Positions 18,374-26,749 of a stretch of DNA of 64,000 bases are shown piece by piece. This DNA is from Fimbriimonadales bacterium (GTDB lineage: Bacteria; Armatimonadota; Fimbriimonadia; Fimbriimonadales; ATM1). The translations under genes and the position numbers were made by a program. Position 1 is the first letter of the stretch. Every line of letters begins with the position of its first letter. The stretch lies in contig JBPCLO010000051.1 in NCBI GenBank assembly GCA_051003155.1, positions 96,001 to 160,000 of the forward strand. The letters are read 5' to 3'. Below the pieces are notes generated by a model that was not told the DNA's origin, did not search any database, and saw only the letters and a program-made list of their open reading frames with translations.

Positions 18374-18449
18374 TGGGGCGGCGAATGGGTCTTGAACCCA
18401 CGACCTCCTGAGCCACAGTCAGGCGCTCTACCCCTGAGCTACCGCCGCC
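18374..18449 (-). tRNA. tRNA-His (GTG)
   Basis: Cloverleaf GGCGGCGG...CCTGA CT GTG GC TCAGG...GTGGG TTCAAGA CCCAT...CCA with encoded G-1:C73 pair. Confidence 0.96.
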
Positions 18450-18476
18450 ACGAGCCGGATATTGTACCGCAAGGAT

Positions 18477-21083
18477 CTAGTCGATAGACCAGCCGACAAG
18501 GTCGATCCGGTAGTGCCAAGGAAACGTAAAGACCGCCCCCGTCGACCGTGATCCCACGCGGGCAAGAACTGCATTTGTGTTCGGTTCGACGAAATGAGAC
18601 GGGGGTCCGGGCGCGGAGGCCGAATGGGTCGCATCGGACAGGCCGAGCAGATCTGTCCGTGCAAGCACCCACTGGCCGGTGACGAAGTTGAACATCTCAA
18701 CTCCTTGCTGCAGATTGTTCGTCGACCCGGCGGATTCGACAACGAAGAACACGGACCTGGGGTTGGACGTACCCGAGGTCGCGCCGAACTGAACGAGCAC
18801 GGCGCTGTCGTTGGTTGTGAAAACCGCGCCAGGACGGAACGAGAAATATTGGTTATCACTTTGGAAGACGTTGGAGAAGACTCCTGAAACAACCGAACCG
18901 CGAACGATTTGATGCGATATAGGAGGAAGGAGCGGCCCGACTATGAGGCTCTCCTGGATCGTCGCTTCGAACAGCTCTCCATATGAAATGGACTGCGCCT
19001 CGAAGGTGAGGGATTGCTGGCCGGGTGAATTCTGGGCAATGATTTCCCAAGATGCTTGCGCGGATTCGCCCGCGCCCAAGAAAGCGATGGCCTGTGGATT
19101 GTTTCCCGAGGCGATCTTCGCCCCGGAGAGGGTTACGTTCACGTTGTGCGCAGGCAGGTCGCCGGAGTTGGTGACCAGGACTGAGACCGGGACAGTCGAA
19201 CCGGGAACCGCATTGCCGGGGAGCGTCGCTTGCATAGAGAAGGCCGGGCCGTCGGCGGCCACGAAGTCCTCTTCCGTCGCAATCCCGTATCCTTCCGTGA
19301 GAACTTGCGGATCGAACGAGCCGGTCGTGTGTACCTTGAGAACGACGGCGGTGTCGGCGTCCACATCGATCTGCTCGACATTGTCGATGGCTGAAACGCT
19401 TTGGCCAAGATTGCCCGAATTCGATTGGCCATAAGCCACGAGGTCGAGGTTGCTGAGGCCCTCGATTTGATTGGGGTTTTGCGTCCCATTGAAGAGCACG
19501 TGACGATTCCATACGAGAGTTGCCTTCTCGCCGGTGAACATCGAGCCTTTGTAGAGCTTGAACCGCCGGATTCCGCCCACAGGCGCGGCGATCTCGTCTT
19601 CGAAAAGGTCCGCGCCGTTGGAATGGGCCTCGCCGAGGTCGAGGTAGCCCCAACCGAAGGTTCTGTTCCACTTGGAGCCAACGACGGGTCCGTCGTCGCC
19701 GGTTAGCTGTGTGTTATTGTCGTCCCACGCATCTGCGGCGTTCAGAAGCACGGCTTTGCCACCGTAGGTCGTAGTGGCTCCGAGTTGGCGAACGAGGAGA
19801 AAACCGCCGCCGGTATGTGGAGACGCGGAACTTGTTCCGCCCAAGTTGACGAAGCCGCTCCCGAAATTCCGGGTCGTCATCGTGTCGTTGCCGGGAGCGG
19901 TGATATCGGGCTTTTTGCGGCCGGCCAGGGTTGGCCCGCGGCTGCTCGTGCCGTAAATGATGTCGTCGTTACGCGTCGCGGTGTTGCGGTCGTCCATGTT
20001 GGCTGAGGCCATCAGATTGAAGGCCGGCGCCGGGTGGGTGATGGTCGTCGTTCCGAAGCCATTATTGCCGGTCGATTTGCTCACCATGACATTGAACGTG
20101 GAGATCGCGCCGTCGAAAAACTGGTCGAACGCGCTGTAATCCACGTCGTTCGCGCGGCCGTTGCCGAAGCTGTAATTTATGACTTCAGGCTTCTCCGCTG
20201 TCATGGTGACGAGGTAATTCATGCCGGCCATCGATGTCGTTTCGAAGCCGGCTTGCGCGACGCAAATCGTGTCGCAGCCGAACGCCATTCCCGTATACGT
20301 GGCGTCACCCGAGGCGAGGATTCCGGCCATACCGCTGCCATGCCCATCGGGGTCGGTCGTGCCGAAATTGCTTTCGAAGCGGTGCCCGGCGAAAGCCGGG
20401 TGGGCTTGATAAACGCCCGTATCGAGAACGCCGACGTCGAGCGTTCCCCCCGAGAGGCCGTTTGCCCAAAATCCGCCTACCAGCCCGAGGGAAGTTTTGT
20501 GCTGATCGAGTTCGGGGTGTCCACTTCGATCGATGTCGACCCAGGCGATGCGTGCGTAGCGGGCAATCTCGATAAGGCGGCTATTCGGAATGGTCGCAAA
20601 CATCGCCGGCACAAGGGTGACTACACCATTCACCCTCCCTCCGCGGCTGCGAATGTAGGCATCCGTTTGGGAGAAGTCGGTCGCCACTAATGAACCGATG
20701 CGCCTCGCGATCTCGTTGTTTTGCGCTGTTTGGAGTCGGTCGATTTCGCTGAGGAAGATTTGGCGCTCACTTTGGTCCGCAGGCAGAAGGGGACTAGGAT
20801 CGCGCCCTTCATCCTCAGGACGAATTGCGCCGGCGGGCCTATTGCCTCGCGAGAGCTGCCTTAGTCGCCAGCCCATATGGGCAATGTCCGGGCCGTACAT
20901 TCGCCTGACACTCTGTGAAACCGCATAGCCTGGCTGGTTCGTGAGGAAAATCACGACCGAAGACGTGCCACCCGGATTCCGCCGAGCGGCAGCGAGGGCA
21001 GCAGGAGACAAGTTGCCGCCTATCGGCGCAGACGGCATGACAGTAACGAGGCTGAGGAGGCAGATTGCCAGAAGTGTTCTCAA
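18477..21083 (-). CDS. Secreted S8 serine peptidase with Ig-like (CARDB/NEW3-like) domain and shared C-terminal domain
   Basis: Signal peptide; VLDTG, HGSGMAG, GTSSASPH triad motifs; VTNSGDLPAHNV Ig-like domain; last ~150 aa resemble the tail of 23239..24687. Confidence 0.9.
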   Translation of the reverse strand: MRTLLAICLLSLVTVMPSAPIGGNLSPAALAAARRNPGGTSSVVIFLTNQPGYAVSQSVRRMYGPDIAHMGWRLRQLSRGNRPAGAIRPEDEGRDPSPLLPADQSERQIFLSEIDRLQTAQNNEIARRIGSLVATDFSQTDAYIRSRGGRVNGVVTLVPAMFATIPNSRLIEIARYARIAWVDIDRSGHPELDQHKTSLGLVGGFWANGLSGGTLDVGVLDTGVYQAHPAFAGHRFESNFGTTDPDGHGSGMAGILASGDATYTGMAFGCDTICVAQAGFETTSMAGMNYLVTMTAEKPEVINYSFGNGRANDVDYSAFDQFFDGAISTFNVMVSKSTGNNGFGTTTITHPAPAFNLMASANMDDRNTATRNDDIIYGTSSRGPTLAGRKKPDITAPGNDTMTTRNFGSGFVNLGGTSSASPHTGGGFLLVRQLGATTTYGGKAVLLNAADAWDDNNTQLTGDDGPVVGSKWNRTFGWGYLDLGEAHSNGADLFEDEIAAPVGGIRRFKLYKGSMFTGEKATLVWNRHVLFNGTQNPNQIEGLSNLDLVAYGQSNSGNLGQSVSAIDNVEQIDVDADTAVVLKVHTTGSFDPQVLTEGYGIATEEDFVAADGPAFSMQATLPGNAVPGSTVPVSVLVTNSGDLPAHNVNVTLSGAKIASGNNPQAIAFLGAGESAQASWEIIAQNSPGQQSLTFEAQSISYGELFEATIQESLIVGPLLPPISHQIVRGSVVSGVFSNVFQSDNQYFSFRPGAVFTTNDSAVLVQFGATSGTSNPRSVFFVVESAGSTNNLQQGVEMFNFVTGQWVLARTDLLGLSDATHSASAPGPPSHFVEPNTNAVLARVGSRSTGAVFTFPWHYRIDLVGWSID

Positions 21084-21170
21084 TTTCTTCCCTTAATAAT
21101 CTGATTCTAACGGGAAATGCTCCGCGTGTGTGCGATTGCGAATCAATACAGTCGCATTCGTTACCGAAAC

Positions 21171-22256
21171 CTAAGAGTTTTGCTCCGCGCTCGGATAGCT
21201 TCCCAAGACCGTCGTTTTCAGCGCTAACTTCTTGAGCGACTCCACGGCTCGGATCATATTCTCATCCAAACGGTGGCCGACGCAGTCGATGAAGAACATG
21301 TACTCAAACGTCGCACGCTGTGCCGGGCGCGATTCGATCATCATCAGGTTGATGCCTTCTTCGACGAGTACTCCTAAGGCGCGATAGAGCTCACCGGGGC
21401 GATTGCGGAGGTTGAACATGAGGCTGGTCTTGTCCCGGCCGGTTTTTGACGGTTCATTGAATCCCACCACGAGGAATCGCGTTTTGTTGTGTGGATTGTC
21501 TTGTATGTGCTCGGCAAGAATCGGAATGCCCACGGTCTCTGCCCCAAGGCGATTGGCGATCGCGGCCCCAGTCGGGTCTCCGAGAGCCCGCTGCGCGGCC
21601 TTGGCCGTGGGTACCACCTCGACGACCTCGGCTCTTGGCAGATTCTCGGCGAGCCAACGACGGCACTGGGTAGCCGGCTGTGGACCGGCAAACACCTTTT
21701 CGATTGTCTTCAACGATTCCGCGACGCTTACCAGGTGGTGGTAAACGTCGACGTACAATTCCGAGCAAATCTTCACGTTAGTAAGTGGGAACATATCGAG
21801 CGTCTCGGGCACGACTCCCGCGATCGCGTTCTCCACTGGCACTACGCCATAGTCCGCGTGGCCCTGTTCGACTTGGCGAAAGACCTCTTCGATCGAATCA
21901 CGCGGCTGAAGATCGGAGCCGTGCCCGAAAACTTGGATAGCGGCAACGTGGCTAAAAGTGCCGGGCGGGCCCCAATAGGCGGCTGCAAGGGGCTTTTCTG
22001 CGGCGCGCGCGGCGCTGATGATCTCGCGGAAGATGTCGGTCAGCTGCCGATTCTGCAACGGGCCCGGGTTGATGCCGCTCAGGCTTTCGTAAATCTGCCG
22101 CTCGCGCTCGGGGGTGAAAAAAGGTTTGCCGTCCTTCCCTTTCACTTGCCCTATTTCGATAGCAAGGCCCGCGCGCCGGTTCAACAGCTCAACGAGATCC
22201 GCGTCCACCTCGTCGATCTCCTTGCGCACGTCTTCGATTGGCCGCCCATCCTCCAC
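21171..22256 (-). CDS. pheA: Chorismate mutase/prephenate dehydratase
   Basis: RKEIDEVD..LLNRR CM domain, GPPGTFS, PVENAIAG, NKTRF, IESRP ACT domain. True start is GTG 22256; the ORF-track extension to 23279 is the antisense shadow of the SDR gene. Confidence 0.95.
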   Translation of the reverse strand: MEDGRPIEDVRKEIDEVDADLVELLNRRAGLAIEIGQVKGKDGKPFFTPERERQIYESLSGINPGPLQNRQLTDIFREIISAARAAEKPLAAAYWGPPGTFSHVAAIQVFGHGSDLQPRDSIEEVFRQVEQGHADYGVVPVENAIAGVVPETLDMFPLTNVKICSELYVDVYHHLVSVAESLKTIEKVFAGPQPATQCRRWLAENLPRAEVVEVVPTAKAAQRALGDPTGAAIANRLGAETVGIPILAEHIQDNPHNKTRFLVVGFNEPSKTGRDKTSLMFNLRNRPGELYRALGVLVEEGINLMMIESRPAQRATFEYMFFIDCVGHRLDENMIRAVESLKKLALKTTVLGSYPSAEQNS

Positions 22257-22292
22257 GAACAGAGAATAACCGAATCGGGCGTATTGAAACCC

Positions 22293-23144
22293 ATGAGCAC
22301 CCAGATACCACCGCAGCATCAGGAGCACCAGCCGGGCGTCGAGTCGCAAATGAAGCCGAAACCCGTTTCGGAAGACGCCAAGTATCGCGGGAGCGGCAAG
22401 CTGGAGGGCAAGGTTGCGATCATTACCGGAGGGGATAGCGGTATCGGGAAGGCCGTGGCGATCGCGTTCGCGAAGGAAGGGGCCGACGTGGCCATCGCTT
22501 ACCTGGAGGAGCATGCCGACGCTGAGGAGACGCAAAGGCAGGTTCGAGAAGAAGGACGCCGGTGCGTCACCATCGCGGGCGACTTGGGCAACGAGGGGTT
22601 CTGCAAGCAGGTCGTGGATGCGGCCGTCCAGCAACTGGGAAAAATCGATGTGCTTGTCAACAACGCCGCCGTCCAGTATCCGCAGGAAAGGCTCGAGGAC
22701 ATCACGGCCGAGCAACTGGAGAAGACCTTTCGAACCAACATCTTCGCCTACTTCTTTCTTACCAAGGCTGCTCTGCCGCACATGAAGGAAGGGAGCGCGA
22801 TCATCAACTGCACCTCGGTCACCGCCTATCGCGGCAGCCCGCACCTCCTCGACTACTCCGCGACGAAAGGCGCGATCCTGGCGTTTACCCGTTCGCTCTC
22901 GGGCGCTTTGGTGAAGCGCGGGATTAGGGTCAACGGAGTTGCGCCCGGGCCGATCTGGACTCCGCTGATTCCCTCCAGTTTTTCTGCGGAGGAAGTGGCC
23001 GATTTCGGCCAAGACGTACCAATGGGCCGCCCGGGCCAGCCCGAGGAAGTTGCCCCGAGTTTCGTGTTTCTTGCGTCGGACGACGCGTCGTATATGACCG
23101 GCCAGGTGCTTCACCCCAACGGCGGCGAGATGGTGGGCGGCTAA
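22293..23144 (+). CDS. Short-chain dehydrogenase/reductase (YdaD/YhdF-like general stress type)
   Basis: PPQHQEHQPG N-terminus, TGGDSGIG, NNAA, YSATK, PGPIWTPL. Confidence 0.93.
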   Translation: MSTQIPPQHQEHQPGVESQMKPKPVSEDAKYRGSGKLEGKVAIITGGDSGIGKAVAIAFAKEGADVAIAYLEEHADAEETQRQVREEGRRCVTIAGDLGNEGFCKQVVDAAVQQLGKIDVLVNNAAVQYPQERLEDITAEQLEKTFRTNIFAYFFLTKAALPHMKEGSAIINCTSVTAYRGSPHLLDYSATKGAILAFTRSLSGALVKRGIRVNGVAPGPIWTPLIPSSFSAEEVADFGQDVPMGRPGQPEEVAPSFVFLASDDASYMTGQVLHPNGGEMVGG

Positions 23145-23238
23145 CGTTTGCCATAATACGCGTGTGGGTAACGTTCTTCGCTCGCTTGTCCGTGAACGGA
23201 TCGGCCGGGCAGCCTTTCCCGAGACTAGGAGAACATCA

Positions 23239-24687
23239 ATGAAATATGCAGCCAGCGCCATCGCCTTCTTCCTCGCCATTTGCGCGAACGCCCAATGGAC
23301 CGTCGTCTACCTGCACCCCGACGGCTGGAAAAACTCCGTCGCCTTCGGCGCGGGCGGCGGCGAGCAGGGGGGCGTCGTCGTCGAGAACAATGGGCGGCGT
23401 CACCCCTCCTTGTGGAATGGCACGGCATCATCTTGGAAGGACCTCACGCCGCCCGGGTTCTTTGACGGGCAGGTACACGGCGTGCGGGGTGGCCGGCAGG
23501 TGGGATACTCCTTTGAAAATCAAACGGGAACAGTCCGTAGACATGCCATCCTGTGGAGCGGCACTGCGGAATCTGCGGTTAGCCTCATGCCCGCCGGCGT
23601 GGATGAATCGTGGGCATTTGGCATGAGCGAGGATCAGCAAGTAGGTATTGCGGGGGGCTCGGGGGCGGCTCTATGGAGCGGCACCGCCGAATCGCATGTG
23701 AGTCTGCATCCCGCCGGTGCGCAACACTCGTATGCCTACGGCGTGAGCGGCGGCCAGCAGGTGGGCATTGCCGCTGTTGGTGGGGCGTTTCACGCGAGCC
23801 TATGGCACGGCACGGCCGAGTCTTGGGTGGACTTGACCCCAGCCGGATCGGGTTGGTCGGAGGCACTAGGTATCCACGCCGGCCAGCAGGTGGGTTACGC
23901 AGATGTCGACGGCAACTATCGCGCCAGCCTTTGGAAAGGCACGGCCGATTCGTGGGTGGACCTGACCCCGTCCGGGGCGCCTAGCGGGATTGCCTACGGC
24001 GTGCACGCCGGCCAACAGGTGGGTTACGCGCACATAGGGGTAGTGGACGGCCGGGATCACGCCGGCTTGTGGTGCGGCACGGCCGGCTCGTGGATTGATC
24101 TCCATGCGTTCCTGCCGCCGGAGTTCTCGTCCTCCGAAGCCAGGGATATCTCGCACGATGGCCCCTTCACCTATGTGGTCGGCGGGGGGCGGTTCAACGG
24201 GCTTAAGGCGCTGATGTGGGTTTCACAGGCCGTAGCGCCAACCTCCTACAGCATGTTTCGCGGTTCGATCATCTCAGGCAACCTGGCCTCGCTGCAGACT
24301 AGCGACGACGACAGGCTCGTGATGAGGCCGGGGACCGTGTTCTCCAATGCCGAGCCGCCGATACAGGTCATCCTGAATGCGACCGCGCCGACTTCCTCGC
24401 CCACCGGCTTCAGCTTCTCGCTGGAGTCGAACGCGAGCATCGCCAACGCCGAGCAGAAGATCTCGCTCTATGACTATGTCACCGGCCAGTACGAGGTCCT
24501 CGATACTCGCTTGGCGACGACTGCCGACGACACGGTAAACGTGAATGTCACAAGCAACACATCGCGCTTCATCCAGCCCCTTACCATGGCCATTCGGGCC
24601 AGAGTGAGCTACCGCGCGCTCGGCTCGACGTTCATCTACCCATGGCTCGGCCGCATCGATAAGGCATGGTGGACCTTCCCGGGATAG
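23239..24687 (+). CDS. Secreted repeat (probable beta-propeller) protein with shared C-terminal domain
   Basis: AGGAG RBS, signal peptide ending ANA-Q, about seven ~43-aa GQQVG...HASLWxGTAESWVDL repeats, then a ~150-aa tail. Confidence 0.85.
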   Translation: MKYAASAIAFFLAICANAQWTVVYLHPDGWKNSVAFGAGGGEQGGVVVENNGRRHPSLWNGTASSWKDLTPPGFFDGQVHGVRGGRQVGYSFENQTGTVRRHAILWSGTAESAVSLMPAGVDESWAFGMSEDQQVGIAGGSGAALWSGTAESHVSLHPAGAQHSYAYGVSGGQQVGIAAVGGAFHASLWHGTAESWVDLTPAGSGWSEALGIHAGQQVGYADVDGNYRASLWKGTADSWVDLTPSGAPSGIAYGVHAGQQVGYAHIGVVDGRDHAGLWCGTAGSWIDLHAFLPPEFSSSEARDISHDGPFTYVVGGGRFNGLKALMWVSQAVAPTSYSMFRGSIISGNLASLQTSDDDRLVMRPGTVFSNAEPPIQVILNATAPTSSPTGFSFSLESNASIANAEQKISLYDYVTGQYEVLDTRLATTADDTVNVNVTSNTSRFIQPLTMAIRARVSYRALGSTFIYPWLGRIDKAWWTFPG

Positions 24688-24747
24688 GCAATCACCGCGT
24701 CATGGAACGGGATTCTATTGCCCGGGAAGGGCGGGTCGGCTTGCGGG

Positions 24748-25836
24748 CTACAGGTCGTTGCGGGCAAATCTCGGAACGCGGCCGTCCGCCGAGGGCAGTG
24801 GATCAAAGGGCACGTGAGGCTCCGCTTGGTACCAATACGCAACCGAAGAGTAGTCGTTTTGCTGGAGGTTGGCATGTCCATGCTCAAAAGAAAACTTGAT
24901 GCTCTTCGAGAAGATGATGGGGTCGAGGATGTGCAGGCGGTAGCCGGTACACGCCTTCCTGTCCGGATGCGCCTCGTTATGCTCGTGAATGCTTGTACCG
25001 CCGTACAAGCACGCCTGCTCGTGCATGCCCCAGGCTTGAGTGAAATAGTCCTCGCTTCCCGTTCCATGCAAAGTTGGTGACTCGTCGCCGTCGATCCAGA
25101 ACATGTCGTCTCCCTCTCCCCACCAAGTCGTCGCTCCGGTTTCCATGGCTATATCAATGTTCTCGACGCTTAGGTTGCATCCGACGAAGTGGCCAGAGCC
25201 TTGGGCCTCAAACACCAAATAGTTTCCCTCTCCTGAGAGATTCTCGACTCCCATTTGGCTCCAGTACGCTTTGCCGCGACTTATCAGGGTGCCTCCGTCG
25301 ACCGTTGTCGGATACTCCTGTCGATACTGCGCGTGGAATCGCAGGTCGGTATCGGATGCTTCGAACTCATCGTAGTCGATGTAGAAGTAGAGGCTCTCGC
25401 ACGGCTGGACGCTTTGGTTCTCAACCTCGATGCGCATTCCTCCGGAGAACGGCATCGGAAAGTAGCAGTTCAGCGCAACGCCACCACCCAGGTTGCCCTG
25501 GATTTCCGGTGTGCAGACCGCGTTGAAGGATGCGTTTTGGAAGTTTGCGGCGATACCATGGCCCAGGCAGAAGAAGTCGCCGACTGGACATTCAACGCTC
25601 GGGTACGATTCGCCATCCCAGAACGCGCGAATCACCATCTTGCGCAAGTACAAGGGGTCCCTGTGGCTCGCCGTAAGCCAAACGTGACGAATGACACCCG
25701 CCCCTCCCGTATCCGCGATCACGGCGATCTCATCAGCCGCGAGGGCGACCCAATCGCTGTTGCCTCCGCCGCGGTCCCAACTGGAGGATCGGCGAGTGCG
25801 GCCGCGCCGCGGATAGGCGAGTTCGCTAAAGGGCAT
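24748..25836 (-). CDS. DUF2961 / glycoside hydrolase family 172-like protein
   Basis: SSWDRGGGNSD, GVIRHVWLT, PVGDFF, WWGEGDD, GTGSEDYF, YSSVAYWYQ motifs. Confidence 0.88.
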   Translation of the reverse strand: MPFSELAYPRRGRTRRSSSWDRGGGNSDWVALAADEIAVIADTGGAGVIRHVWLTASHRDPLYLRKMVIRAFWDGESYPSVECPVGDFFCLGHGIAANFQNASFNAVCTPEIQGNLGGGVALNCYFPMPFSGGMRIEVENQSVQPCESLYFYIDYDEFEASDTDLRFHAQYRQEYPTTVDGGTLISRGKAYWSQMGVENLSGEGNYLVFEAQGSGHFVGCNLSVENIDIAMETGATTWWGEGDDMFWIDGDESPTLHGTGSEDYFTQAWGMHEQACLYGGTSIHEHNEAHPDRKACTGYRLHILDPIIFSKSIKFSFEHGHANLQQNDYSSVAYWYQAEPHVPFDPLPSADGRVPRFARNDL

Positions 25837-26028
25837 CCGCTACGGTTCGCCGGCGGACCCCCGCTTCCTTCAAAACGACGTCCACCTTGGGCATGCGACG
25901 CATACGCTGCCGTACACGATGCAAGCACAAGTTGCAGCAACGGAGCCCTTTGTCCCCGGGTGGAGAAGTGACGTTCGGGCCGACCGTCGCGGTTCCGCCA
26001 TTCATCGGCACGATTGTTTAGATAGGCG

Positions 26029-26364
26029 CTAGGAGCTCCGGCTCAGAGAGTCAGAGCCGTTCGTCACATCGACATATGCCGTCGCGGGCTTTACCACGCC
26101 GCCCACAAAAGCTACCGTCGATGCAATAACCCGTCCTATCGGCGCAGTCTTTGAGGTCACCAGCGTCGAGACCTCTACGGAACCGCCGGGTGGCACCGTG
26201 GCAGCGACGCTGGATTGATTGATCGTAACGTCGACCGGCGCGAAGTTCACGACAAAATTGTCCGCGTGATCAGCGGGCTCTTTGAGCGATAGGATGAAAA
26301 CTGCGGAGTCGCCCACTCCTATAGGCGTTCTCTTTGGGTTGAGCGCCGGTACGTGATGTGACAT
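26029..26364 (-). CDS. Small beta-rich hypothetical protein (paralog of 26390..26701)
   Basis: GAGGAG RBS; colinear similarity to its neighbour. Confidence 0.75.
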   Translation of the reverse strand: MSHHVPALNPKRTPIGVGDSAVFILSLKEPADHADNFVVNFAPVDVTINQSSVAATVPPGGSVEVSTLVTSKTAPIGRVIASTVAFVGGVVKPATAYVDVTNGSDSLSRSS

Positions 26365-26389
26365 AATCCACTACTCCTCAATGAAAGTT

Positions 26390-26701
26390 TTACGTGACGA
26401 CGACGTGCGCCTTTGCGACAATCGATGTGTTGTTTACCCACGCACAGCAGTTCGCGGTCAGGACGCCACCCCCTGAATCTTGAATCGTCCCCGTGATCGG
26501 CACGTCGATCACCACCGATTGCCCGGGCTGAACCGTATATTCGCTACACGGCGTGTTGATCGTGACGACGATGGGTGTGAGATGAACGATGAAATCGTCC
26601 GCGTCGGGTTCTCCCCTGGAGAGCGAGAACGTAAACCGGGCGATCTGGCCCACAGGTACGGTTGGCGTATTAGCAATGAGAACTGGTCCGTGATGTGACA
26701 A
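26390..26701 (-). CDS. Small beta-rich hypothetical protein (paralog of 26029..26364)
   Basis: GAGG RBS before TTG, TATAAT just upstream; colinear similarity to its neighbour. Confidence 0.75.
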   Translation of the reverse strand: MSHHGPVLIANTPTVPVGQIARFTFSLSRGEPDADDFIVHLTPIVVTINTPCSEYTVQPGQSVVIDVPITGTIQDSGGGVLTANCCAWVNNTSIVAKAHVVVT

Positions 26702-26749
26702 TAGTTTCCTCTTCGGGCGATTATATTCTGCTCGCGCGAGCAGAGTCCT

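Noticed and set aside
18374..18449. tRNA-His, and likewise tRNA-Met at 52663..52739, as integration sites of an island
   Set aside because: No integrase and no duplicated tRNA 3' end noticed in the window.
21171..23279. 702-aa ORF suggesting a long N-terminal fusion to PheA, and the reciprocal 551-aa ORF 21489..23144
   Set aside because: Each extension is the open antisense frame of the divergent neighbour (SDR or pheA); the real starts are 22256 and 22293.
25860..25875. GAAGGAAGCGG on the minus strand as the SRP RNA domain IV
   Set aside because: The required upstream CAGG and GNRA-capped stem are missing.
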